Assembly: GCA_977016875.1 (NCBI GenBank)
Contig: CDRNST010000191.1
Location: 992,001 to 1,056,000 of the forward strand
DNA length: 64,000 nt
Direction of reading: 5' to 3'
From: Pavona decussata
Taxonomy: Eukaryota
Positions 40,083 through 51,491 of the stretch are shown here, one piece after another. The notes beneath the pieces were generated by a model. The model was not told the origin of the DNA, did not search any database, and was given only the letters and a program-made list of their open reading frames with translations. Position 1 is the stretch's first letter. The number at the start of each line of letters is the position of its first letter. The translations under genes were made by a program, and so were the position numbers.

Positions 40083-41499
40083 CAGGGCCGTAGCCAGTAT
40101 GAGGCAAACCGAGGCACTTGCCTCAGTCATTGTTTTTTTCGGGTAAAGTAAGATTTTTTTTTTGAAGGAGAAAGAAAGGCACTAGCAGCAAATAAATTCA
40201 CAAACAGTTAAACAAATATAAAAAACGTTAACGCAACATGGTATCATGTTTAATGATAACGCGAATCAGGCAGTGGCCTGAATTACAGATGAGAAAAATT
40301 AAGCAAAACTTCAAGCTAACAAAGGCAGCGACTTCCTACAGAAAACTGCCTCGTTTTCATGTGTTTTGACGCCATTCCTCGAGTCTTCTGTCTTCTCTGA
40401 TCTGAATGAGGAAAATCTATCAAAATGCAGCGTTCTTTTTCCTTGCTAGCAGAGGTCTCTGACGGCAGAGACCTCTGCTAGCAGGGAACGTTCTATCTAA
40501 TCAACAGTTTTTTTCAAAGAAAGCGGTAAGTAGATGCTTTCATAACATGTTTTCAGCGCTTCTCAATAATCGAAACAAAATTTAACCTTGTTTTGACATT
40601 ATCTAGCTAAGCAACTTTGACTTTCAGTCCATCTAGTAAAGATGGTGATGTCAGTGAAGAAGCCACCGGAGATGGTGGGAAAGAAGTTGTAGAGGCCGAA
40701 AGCGGACAGGCGACAGCGCGACTAAGTACAGGAAGCTGTTCGTGCGAGCGCAGCTTTAGCGCTCTTCACAAGTTGAAGACCTGAGGTGAGTTGCATAAAA
40801 TCCAATGTCGGGCGTAACTGCTAAGGCCAGACCTTCAGCCCAGTCACATTCAGTATTTTAACGTCTGACCATAGCATTTACGCCCGCCGTTAAGTTTTAT
40901 GTAACTCGTCCCTGGCGCCGTTCATCGATGGGCTCTAACAGGCTGAATGGCCTTGCATTAGCCCATGTCCACAGCGAAATTCCTGTGGACCCGCTCGAGG
41001 TTCTACAGCGATGGGATGCTAGTGGGCACAGGCGAATCACGCTGGCATTTAACAGCTAAATTCGTTGCCTTTTAGAAACGAAAATCCTCAAATAAGCACG
41101 TCCGAGACCAGGTTTTATGAGCCTGCGAGACTGAGCACCCCCCAACAAACCCTACTTTTCACGAAACCGCTTGTCAGCCGAACCTGGTTTAGGTTATTGT
41201 TAACTAAGGCCTTCATATAGAAACAAACCACCAACAATCACATTAAACCGTCGCATACAAGAACACAGAGCCCCTAAAGTAGCATTTAAATAGCTCCCCT
41301 CCCCCCCCCCCCAAAAAAAACACCTAGATCTCTAGATCTGTATGGCCTTTAGAGCTCCTAGCGGCATTTTTGTCAAATAAGGTTTGAGCCCAGTGTTTTG
41401 TTTAAACGTAGCCATCATATTTAAGACCCTAAATAGCTAGGCGGGGAATTCAACCATGGATATTGCCTCAGTCCTTATTTTTTTCTGGCTACGGCCCTG
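40083..41499 (+). mobile_element. Internally deleted hAT element with 5-bp TSD
   Basis: TIR CAGGGCCGTAGCCAG / CTGGCTACGGCCCTG; TSD CTAGC. Residual hAT C-terminal coding (SCERSFSALHKLKT* ... MGSNRLNGLALAHVHSEIPVD) is split by a ~125-bp MITE at about 40787-40908. Confidence 0.82.
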
Positions 41500-41578
41500 C
41501 TAGCAGCGTCTCCTCATAGCACAAACTAACAATATTGTTTTATTTTAAGCCAGGGGAAGCGTGAACCCCATAAGGCCC

Positions 41579-41624
41579 TAGCCTGCGAGCAAGCTCTCGC
41601 GCCCTGGTGCTTGCTCGTAGGCTA
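41579..41624. mobile_element. 46-bp TAG...CTA mini-element with 9-bp TSD (AcademH-type)
   Basis: ATAAGGCCC|TAGCCTGCGAGCAAGC...GCTTGCTCGTAGGCTA|ATAAGGCCC. Confidence 0.75.
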
Positions 41625-42126
41625 ATAAGGCCCAGGCTTCCAGACCAACTTTCCCCGTCGCCAAACCAACCTTGTAAGTGAATGTTTGGTTTTATCAGTC
41701 AGGGTATATGTGGTAATTTGGCCACCGCAAAGAGATTAAAGTGTTGACGTTTCAAGCGTTAGCCTTGTCACTCGTTGATGAAACCGGCCAAGAAGTGTTT
41801 CCACTCCGCTACCGACGCGGCACCACAATTTTCTTTACAAAAAATGTGACAAACCAAATATTTCAGTACTTTCTTTTTCCCTGTCCTCACCTTTCTCTGT
41901 TCAAATCATTCAGTAACAAAATTCTTGTTTTGCAAAAGATACGTATACGACTAGGAGAAATTTTCGAAAATCTTCCTTTGTTCCAACTGTAGTCAATCTG
42001 CACGTGTATACTTACTTGCCCACGGGTTGTGCGTAAACATCATTTTACGTCACAGATTCGGCAAACATGAGTGAAACTATTGAGTAATTTACACAAGAAC
42101 GCTCGAATGCTCGGAGATAAACTAAC

Positions 42127-42220
42127 AACCGAGTTGGGAACCAAGTTAGGAACCGAGTTGGGAACCGAGTTAGGAACCGAGTTAGGAACTGAGTTGGGAA
42201 CCGAGTTAGGAACCGAGTAA
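42127..42220 (+). repeat. 12-bp minisatellite (AACCGAGTT[A/G]GG)n
   Basis: About 8 units; reverse complement of the 43686-43805 array. Confidence 0.9.
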
Positions 42221-43685
42221 GGAGTTGGCAAGCGAGTTAAACAAACTTTGGGCGATTTGGTTATTGATTTGAGACAAATTATTGGCTGTTTTTTGTTGTT
42301 GTTGTTGCTGTTTTTCAAAGTAAATCGTCTTTGTATTAGCCTAGCATCAGTTTCGATCAGCACTTTACCTCTAAACTAGGGGTTTCGCCTGGTTAGAAAT
42401 AGAATGCCCTATTTGAAGTTGAACCAAGAATTTTGAAGTCAGTCAGGTTATAGTCGGGATAACCACTCATTGCTCAACAACTTTCTTGTAATAACTTTGT
42501 TTTAATCGATCTAACAATGAATCAATGAAGCAGTTTACAACGAAACTTAAACCATGTTTTTCTAAGACTAAAGTTCAAATGTGAACGAGAGGGGCACGAG
42601 AAAGAGCAGAAAAGATATTGCGAGCCCCGAAAAGAAAAGGACCACTACCCAGCCTATGTGTAGCCTCTGTTGGCGTTTTCATCCACTCCCGCTCCCCTCT
42701 CCTCTCATTTGTTCCTTTTCGCACCCCATTAGGTTTCGCGCGCACCACGCTGTTGCGGAAAGAAAGGTTTGCTGAATTCAAAGGAAACAAGCAAGTCATT
42801 AAGTGATTTAAGGCTATTATGTACTTGAAACCTGGATCGTGGCAAATCCCGGACATCGAAATTTAAGTCATGCAATGGTCTCAATTACCGCAGGTTTTCA
42901 CAGGCTCATGAAAGATCAAGTGGTCAAATACATAGTTGCTTATCGCCACCTTTAAAAGAGCCGCTATCAAAAGAAGTATTGCCAAAACGAGCAATTCGAA
43001 CGCGATTTGGATGATTTTTGGCCGAGATATTGTAGAGCGAAGGTCTTTGATTTTAGCCGTGAATAATTTATTGTATTTTATCGTGTTTTGGACCCCAAGA
43101 AAACGCAACAGCTACAAACTCTTGACAGAGATCCTGTGGTGTGCCTTTAAAAGCTTGACTTCGATAGATTGAAAATCCCAGTGAACAAATATGAAGGCGA
43201 GATACGAGCCCGAGGCGTTCCTGGAAAGTTGGTTATGCTGTTTTCAGCCTTCCGCCATACTGTCCTGTCAGTGATGACTGAATTACTCGAATCCGTTTTT
43301 ATCTCCAAAATGTACACCGTGAATCGGTTTCGATCTACCTGAAAATTGCTGTTTCTGAACCACAACGGTGACTTTCAGGAATGAACCTGGTAAAATCAAA
43401 CAATCGCATGGAAGTGCGGCCAGCTGAGGTGAAAGACGACAACTTAAGGAATTTACCACATAAATAGAAGGTTTAGTGAGCTACAGGAGAGCTAAAATCA
43501 CGTACAGTCTAAAAATGTACGGTGTTTACGTTCTGGTGTAGATATAATATTCATACAGTGGGAATATGGACACTTTCCACTGATGGATTCCGACCTGGCA
43601 ACTGTTACAGGTACACAGGAAGTTTTTCTCTCCCCAGATGAAAGAAAAAGCAATCGGTACATATATATCTATTATTGATATATGG

Positions 43686-43805
43686 GTTCCTAACTCGGTT
43701 CCCAACTCGGTTCCTAACTTGGTTCCTAACTCAGTTCCTAACTCGGTTCCCAACTCGGTTCCTAACTCGGTTCCTAACTCGGTTCCCAACTCGGTTCCTG
43801 ACTCG
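43686..43805 (-). repeat. 12-bp minisatellite, inverted partner of 42127-42220
   Basis: (GTTCC[T/C]AACTCG)n, about 10 units. Confidence 0.9.
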
Positions 43806-45208
43806 AAAGATAGGTATCCTCGAATGCTCGAACCGAATGCGTCAAAACCAACTACTTAGTCAGTCATTAAAATTCACTTACCTTTTGTTCTGTCTTAATG
43901 TTCTATTGAAAACATCTTTTATACCGAGTGAGTGAACGAGTACTCAATTTCGCCCTCAATCTGTTCAGATATGAAAAAGCTTCAAAAGGAATTTAATAAA
44001 GCAAATATTGCGTCCTTTAAAAATCTGACTTTGCTTCTAAGTGTTAAACAAAATGCAGGTTGGTTATAATCATTAGGTACATGTGTTTTTTACGAAGGAC
44101 AATCATTACACAAGAATAAACTCGGATTAAACCAGACTTCAAGGCGCCTAACGAGATTAAGACTCGGCTTCTAAAAGGTTGGTTGAAATTTACATCTCAA
44201 CCCAATCTTGCAGTCATGCCTTTTACAAAATAACAGCAAAAACTTCTAGTTCTCCGGCGTTTCAATTCCCGTTTCCCTAATGCTAGAGCAAACCAAGACC
44301 AGGAAATTAGTTAGTTTCGAAAGGAAGGTACTTGTCTTTGTTTTATCTTGTTGGACGCACTAGAGGATTTTTAACCTAAACTTGGCATAATTCATCTACG
44401 CTAAATTTTCATAACTCCAAAAACTCGTTCTGCCAACTATTTGGACTGGAATGGTACCACGAGTGACAATCAATTAAAGTAGCACCGTTTAGCTCCAGAA
44501 CAAGAAGGTGCCTTATTTTGAAGCGCACAGCTTTTAATTGTCGAGTAAAAATTACTGGTTAAAGGGATTATACGCATGTTCTCATTCAAAGGCAATTAGT
44601 GCAAAAGAATAACAAAACAAAAGAATTTTATCCTCAAATGAAACTGCGGTGTAATCAAAACGGCTTTGTTTTCCAGCGTGTAAGAGTTATTGTTTAGTTT
44701 TCTTGGCACTTGCCAAAAAACTCTTCAACGAATATCACTAGGGAACTTTTTTTCATACAAATTTCGGCCAGACATTTCACTTCCTGGTGGAATGGCGTTT
44801 ATTAGTCAAGTACGTTAAACATCAGTATTTGTCTTTTTATCCAAAATATCCAATAGTCCCTTACGCTATTGTTCAGCTTCAGTGCAATTATCCTTCATTA
44901 TTACACCGTGCTTATGTTTTCATGTAATGACTGCACACCGCCTATATCTTGCAGTAGATGGCCTGCAGCAACGCCGACCAAAGCGTCTCAGTCCTTGCCT
45001 TCGTCCCTTTTCCTCACAGCATGGTTGGCGTAAAAGGCGTTTCCTATACTTCCAATCTGCAAGGATTCTTCATAATTTTAATGCTTTTTAGAAGCCGGCG
45101 ATTGCCACGAAACTTTTTGTACCTCGAATTTTACTGGGATATTTTTAGTTGGCACATGAAAAAAATTTAAAAGATTCACATTTAATTTCCTTGACATTAA
45201 GTGTAATT

Positions 45209-46174
45209 TCACATCGTATAGTGTCGTTTTCTAATTAAAGAATGCGACACGCCTGATTTGTCCGACATGGGAACCAGACATGAAATAAGCTTCTGAAATC
45301 GAGGATCGCGTCCTATCATTGCCTCTTTTGCCTCTTTTACTTTGTTTTTTCGACGAGCAATCTTCGGTAACTTTGCGTGACGTCCGATGTTTATTCTCTC
45401 CTTGTTATGAACTTCTTTTATCTTCGCTTCTTGATTGTTTTGGAAGCTCGACTTTTTATTAAGTGGTGGAAGAATAGTGTGTGAATTTCTTTGGCTCATA
45501 CTTGAAGAATACACTGCTTCGTCTTCAGTTTCTCTTACTTTAGCCTTGGCCTGTACCTTCTTCAGCCGATCCTCTTTTGCCATGTTTTCTCTTTGGAACT
45601 TAAAATACGCCCTTAGCGTGTCGTGTTGGGGTGAGGTTCGTTGAGGCCCCAAAATCCCGTATGCGAGTGAAGCTCGCCTCAATTCTTCCACGTTACGAAG
45701 GATCTCTAAACCCTCTTCATCATCAATATCCTCGACTTCATGGTCGGCTGTTCCCTGATTTTGTCCAAAAATATTTTCTGTTTTGGTTTTATTCACTGAA
45801 AGTAGCGCCTGACTGGTCTGCCGCTTTTTGAGATGCCGCGGAAGAAACGTTTCCGAAGTATCGGTGTCTTTATACTGCGTGATATCAATAGCGTGCGAGT
45901 CAAACACCTCAACCTTCTTTTGCTGTTGTCGCTCCAAAGCGAATTTGCCGGCCATTTGTTGCGACTCCAGGTCGCTTACTCTTTGAGAAATTTTTCTTCC
46001 TGCGTTAGATACTTTTCGCTTCCTTTCCAGAATCTCCTGATTTCTTTGTTTGTGTTTCTCGTCGATTGGCGGTTGAGGGAAAGTTTTTTCCAGGTTGGCA
46101 AAGTACTTGGTGCATTTTTCATGTCTGTGTTCGCCTTCACAATTTCCATCTGGGACCGCGATCGACCCTTCCAT
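45209..46174 (-). CDS. Uncharacterised basic, largely disordered protein (321 aa) with DPRFQKLISCL motif
   Basis: Long ATG-initiated intronless ORF, K/E/R/Q rich, with LPPL and LPKI motifs and the C-terminal motif shared with 35328-35888. Confidence 0.72.
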   Translation of the reverse strand: MEGSIAVPDGNCEGEHRHEKCTKYFANLEKTFPQPPIDEKHKQRNQEILERKRKVSNAGRKISQRVSDLESQQMAGKFALERQQQKKVEVFDSHAIDITQYKDTDTSETFLPRHLKKRQTSQALLSVNKTKTENIFGQNQGTADHEVEDIDDEEGLEILRNVEELRRASLAYGILGPQRTSPQHDTLRAYFKFQRENMAKEDRLKKVQAKAKVRETEDEAVYSSSMSQRNSHTILPPLNKKSSFQNNQEAKIKEVHNKERINIGRHAKLPKIARRKNKVKEAKEAMIGRDPRFQKLISCLVPMSDKSGVSHSLIRKRHYTM

Positions 46175-48053
46175 CTCTTCCGGCTTTGTCGTTTGACAAA
46201 TGCGTTGTTAGACAACGACGAACTGTTAGCAGTTGTTACGTTATCCTTCGAGTAAGTCAGTTGTAAGCACTCACCTCACGTAGCACTGATTCTTTTGAAT
46301 GAAATTAATAACCACCAGAGAACAATTAAATGAACAGAGCTTCAAACAATTATGAAAAAAGCGCGTCACGCCTGCCTTAGCATAATAATAGCCGACGGCT
46401 TTCTTTGTTTCGTTCTACAAATTGGCTAGATTCAGGCGATTGTGCTTTTATCAGTTGCTGTCTGTTATATAAGTCAAGTGCGAGGATCTTGCATGCCTTA
46501 GATAACATATATATGCAAAGTTTTCGTACTTTGATTGTCTTGGCAACTGAATTTATTTCGCATAGCATGACACCACATCTTCAAGACAACAATTGATCCA
46601 ACTTACGTTTTTAGATTAACAGTTCCTTTGTGTAGATCAATAGTTACCTCAAGACTGGTCGAAAGTCTTTGTTTACTGTCAAGCCTGTCCGTTTATACTG
46701 TCTTTTACAGTAAGAAGGAGGTCATGTTCAGGGGGAAAACCGACGCTTTAATTGTAGAGGTCAAAGTGGCAACCCATTTAGTAAGAAGACCAGTTAACAA
46801 ACTTACATCTTTCTGATGATAGATGATCCTTTTTAACATTTCTTTTTACGGTTTTATAACTTTTAGCAAACAATTTTAATATAAGAAAATTATAGTTAAG
46901 CTTCCTATTACGTAAATCGTGCAATCTCGTTTACTTTGCACGGTTATTTAATTAAGTAGTTTAATACTTGGTCCTTCTTGATCAATTTCAAAGAAACACG
47001 AAAATGGGGCTGGCTATTGAAAATACACAAGTGTCTTTAGTTAATAGATACGATTGTTATTGAAAAAAGTGTCACCTGTTTGAAATAAATCAATCCGCCA
47101 GTTGATCAGTCGCTTCGCTTAACTGAGTTAAGCCAGAATAGTCTCAGGCCTCGAGTGTTTGGTTACCAGTGCGGACAATGGGAGTGGCGGGAAACAAGTC
47201 TGTATTGATTAGACATTCCCTACATTTTGACCTCCCAAAGTGTACACCTATCCTGAACATGCTCAGTCTGTTCAGTCTTAGATCTAGGCCGTCTTTTATT
47301 TCATTTCATTTTATTTTCGTTTCAGTTTCTCTGGGAAACTGAAGACAGAAAATAAGGTGAAAAAGAGGGTACTGGCACGGATGCCGCAACAACCCCGAGC
47401 CAGTCCGGCCTCAGAACACAAAATATACCGCAATACTGAAGCAGCTAGGGAGCGTTCATAATTTATATGCTGGTAGGGGAGCATTTTACATTTTGAAGTA
47501 TTATTTTTGGGCAACCCTCCCCCCCTACCCCCCTACAAACCTCAACATGTTTTCAGTGCCCCCCTCCCCCCAGAAAAACAAACCGAGTTTCCGAAGGTAT
47601 ATTTTAAATACCATGCTCCCCGCCTCTCACCGCAGCGTGAAGCTTTCACACGGGGAAAACGTACTTTCCCCCGTTGTTTCTTGTATTCAACTTTCATATG
47701 AAAAATCGAAGAAATCTTGCACCCCTTGTACAGTTCTGGATAGATTAGGCCAGTAATGGGGAAAGTAATATGGAAAAATTTCCATGGCCATCTCCCCAAG
47801 AAAAGACGCAAATAAAGAGTTTGTTTGATCAGGGAAAGTTGGACTCTGAGGAAGAGATTGCAGAAATTTTAAAGTTAGTTTCACCATCGCGCTATACGTA
47901 CTAGCAGTAAGCGACTGAGAAGTGCGTCAGCTGAGCAAGAAGCCCATTTTTTTTCGATAGTCTCTCCTCGGTAACTATTGTAACTTAGCTGTAATTTATG
48001 TACATGCATGCATTGATTAAAAAAAAATAGAAATATAGCATTCATTCAGTTCA

Positions 48054-49106
48054 TAGCCTTCAGACAGGCGTTATTTATCATTATTATTATTATTATTATT
48101 ATTATTTGGCGTTTTTATACGAGCGGAGGCAAGCGCGAGGGGAGTGCGGAGCGTGAGTCGCGCGAGGGGCGCGAAAATAATAATATGTTTTTGTTTGCAG
48201 CCCCCAAAACATTGTAAAACTCTATACTTATAGCCCAGCTTTTAACCCGGATTTTGTCTCACGAATCGTCTTTGTCAATTTTAAGCTTTATAAACAGGGA
48301 TCTTGATCAATCAAAGTAACATGTCTCAGTCATGGCCAATTTCATGTTAAAATAACTGTAGGCAAACCATTTAAACTGACGACATCAATCAAGAATAACT
48401 TCTTACCAAGTCTGAGATATATGGGCTTCATCAACGACAAGAAGTTCGATATTTCTCACCAACAGCGAATTCTTCAGTTTCTCTGACCACACTTTGTCCA
48501 ATAACACCTCAGCCTGCCAAATATTTCGCTGTATTCTCCACGTACGGAGAACATGATGTGGACATCGTTTCCTTGGCTTGTCCCAGTTTCTGCTGCTGAA
48601 ATTCCAAATTCGTTAAGTTCTTCAATTTGCTCGTCAGAAATCGCTTTTAGAGCACCAGCAATAAGCATCAGTGAAGCACGTGGGAGCGGGATCCATTCAC
48701 CTTCGCGAAGACGGATGGAAAAGTTGATAGATCAAGCTTTTTCCGTTCCTAGTTAGAAGCATTCCAAGTGTATCCTTCCTTTTCAACAGTACATCTATAC
48801 ATACATTATCTTTCTTTTTCCTTTACGTCTGGCACATTTGGAAATAAACGAAGGGCTTCTCGAATAGCTCCGTCAACAGAACACGATGACTCGACCGCCA
48901 TTTTTTTGTCGAGTAAAATCTCAGGATCACATGACATCAAATAACCAATTGGATAGCCGCGTTCATATTTGGGTGTCAAAATAGCATGAACAATTGCGGA
49001 CAGGCGTTATTTTTTTATTATTTTTTTTTTCGCTTCCCTCCCATCGCGCGTGACTCGCGCTCCGCACTTGCCTCGCATTTGCTCCCTCTCGCTGTTCCGC
49101 AGGCTA
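48054..49106 (-). mobile_element. Non-autonomous AcademH-type element with degenerate RecQ-like helicase fragment
   Basis: TAGCCT...AGGCTA termini; 9-bp TSD TTCAGTTCA at 48045-48053 and 49107-49115. Minus-strand relic MAVESS..AIREALRLFP.., LKAISDEQIEELNEFGISA, LLVVDEAHISQTW, with stops and frameshifts. Confidence 0.8.
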
Positions 49107-50789
49107 TTCAGTTCATATCTCGAAAGCCGTTCCTTCACTCGCATTTCAAGCGGCGCAATTCAGTTCCAGAGTAGGCGCTCGTAGCCTGTGTAGCAGTCGT
49201 TTAATTTCCTTTCCAAGCGAGCGCGAGAAGCGAACGAAAGATTCTAGGGAAAAGGAGCAAAAAAGGCTCCTTTTCGACTTCATGAACCTCCCGCGCTCTT
49301 GAAAAAACGACTGCCGTTACACAGTCCATGGTGCGCATTACATGTTCAAAATAAATTTATTTGGTTAATAAGTTAACCATAAAAATCATGAGACAAGAGA
49401 CGCTAATTCTGGAGTGCCGGATAGAAAGCCTTGTTACTGTAAACTCTCCCCCGGCAAGTTCAAGAGGAAACAGTGAGGTAAATGGAAGTTTTCTTTGGTA
49501 TCTAATGATTGACATGTTAGACCACGCATAGTAAGTGTTGCAATTGAGCGAGGCACGTGAACTGCTAGTTAGATTTCGAGCAGTCGTATTTTTTCCCCTC
49601 AGATCATGCGCGCAAAGTGAGAAATTTACATACAAATCAGAAAAGTGCAGCTCGCTAGATCCATTGCGCCTACCATCGCGCACTCTACAGAACTTTGGAG
49701 AAGAAAGAGATTGCTCGCAGTCTAACTGTGAGTCAACGTAAACCGCAATATACACTCTCGTTTGTAGCATGATTTGTGACTTTCTAGGCTGCAGGCACAC
49801 TGCAGGCAGCTACAGGGCAGACTTCCGAAATTTCACCTCACTTGTTGGATAAAATAGTGTGTCGTTCCGACCCATCTTTAAAACAAATGTTTAAACTCTT
49901 CGCGCTAGTTATTAGAACTTATCTAAGTTGTGCAGAATGTGTGCCAATGTCCAATTTGTGCGGCTAGTAACTGCTACAGTGTCAACAGAGGTCAACGGCT
50001 AACCGGATTTGGGTTAGCTGGGTTAAAATCAGTTTAGACCATGGGCTTCCAGCCTTAAACAAGTCCTAACTGCCTTTGGTGTATTGGCGACGGACACGGC
50101 ACTCTAGTGGTTCTAAATGGCGACTGTTGTATGGTCTAGCTACAGCGGAAGGGGGAAGGTGTGGAGATAGGGGGATACTCTCGAACCGGAATAAACGTCG
50201 AGCTTGAGGTTGCCCAAATGAGGCAGTAATATTTCGAAATCTTAATTCTTTAAACGAAATTACTTTGCTCAGCCTTGTTGGGATTAAAATAACCTCGCCG
50301 TAACGTTAGGGGCCAATATATCTGAATGAAACTTATTACTCCCACTTTCAGTTGCTGACTATGAGCTCCTCAATCTCACTCATTTCAGGTAAAATTTTCT
50401 TGGCAATCATCCAGGACGTTTGAGTTATACAAACGGTGCAAAGCAGTTATCAAGGACATTTCTTCCTCGGACTCAAAAACCAGTTAGATTCATACTACTT
50501 TCCTGAATTAACTTTGACTCTGTTAATTGAGACAGAAAGCAACACAGAAGGATTTTAAAAATATCTATATCATCAACATCACTTTATTGTTATTACAAGC
50601 TCTCAGCGCACATTTTTTATCGTTTTAAATTATTATATCTTAAGCTTCTTTCCAGCGTGTACTGTGAACTACGCACCACTGTGAACTGAGCCTCGAAATC
50701 TCTTTTTTGTGGGAAGGGGAGGGGGGAGGGTTACTCTTAGGAAGATGGGCAACGTTTGCTAAATAGCAATGTATATGTACACATAGCTG

Positions 50790-51491
50790 TTAGGCTGTCT
50801 TTATCACAAACAGATTTCTCAGTTCGGGAGTTAAATCCCGTATATACCGTACGATTGGCGTCGGAGGTGGAGCTAATCCAACGTTGTACATTCTCTTGCC
50901 CTTGGATTCTGGGGTTTTCTTTTTCTGTGGAGTGATTTTAATCACTTCAGGAAGAATACGCAGAGGTGAACGATCAATGCATTGTTTGTTGAATTGCATG
51001 AAAGACTGAGCTTTCTCGAAGCGTTGAAATGGAGTGCAGTTGGTCTCAGTGCGAGATGCATAATGCTCCTTGTTATATTTCCACGGTGTTAACTGTTCAG
51101 TCGTTTCTTCATCTTTGTTGTCCTTCAAGGTTGGGAAAGCCCTCTTTTTTAGCTTAATTCTGTTAAACGAAATTGTCTTCTCCAGACGTTGGTCCAGTGT
51201 TCTATTGCACGAGTAGCAAAGAGATGGGAGTTTCTCGTTAGTAGACAACTTGGTTTTTAGCAGCTCCTGAGAGACACAGCTCCTGAAATACGGGGACAAT
51301 TTCCCTAACAAGTGAATGTCGTGTTTCTTTCCCTGAAGTAAAAGAAGTTCAACTTTGCTGTGTTTCTGTGGGTCTAAGACGCAGTGAAGCTCAGCGGATT
51401 TAGGACAACAAAGGTTCGAAGCTCTTGGAAGAGCTCTTGATTTTAAGCTGCTGAAAGAATTCTGTTCATACCCTGATGTAACTTTTGTCAT
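50790..51491 (-). CDS. Uncharacterised basic protein (233 aa)
   Basis: ATG-initiated 233-aa intronless ORF in non-repetitive sequence; C-terminal LAPPPTP; no family recognised. Confidence 0.6.
   Translation of the reverse strand: MTKVTSGYEQNSFSSLKSRALPRASNLCCPKSAELHCVLDPQKHSKVELLLLQGKKHDIHLLGKLSPYFRSCVSQELLKTKLSTNEKLPSLCYSCNRTLDQRLEKTISFNRIKLKKRAFPTLKDNKDEETTEQLTPWKYNKEHYASRTETNCTPFQRFEKAQSFMQFNKQCIDRSPLRILPEVIKITPQKKKTPESKGKRMYNVGLAPPPTPIVRYIRDLTPELRNLFVIKTA

Noticed and set aside
42040-43935. ORFs with (VPNS)n, (GTEL)n or (FLTR)n repeats, or a CRISPR-like array
   Set aside because: These are translations of a spacer-less 12-bp minisatellite in a eukaryotic context.
45833-46255. Antisense or alternate-frame ORFs over long CDSs (also around 25348-26289, 57575-57865, 19760-20119)
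   Set aside because: Shadow frames of better-supported genes.
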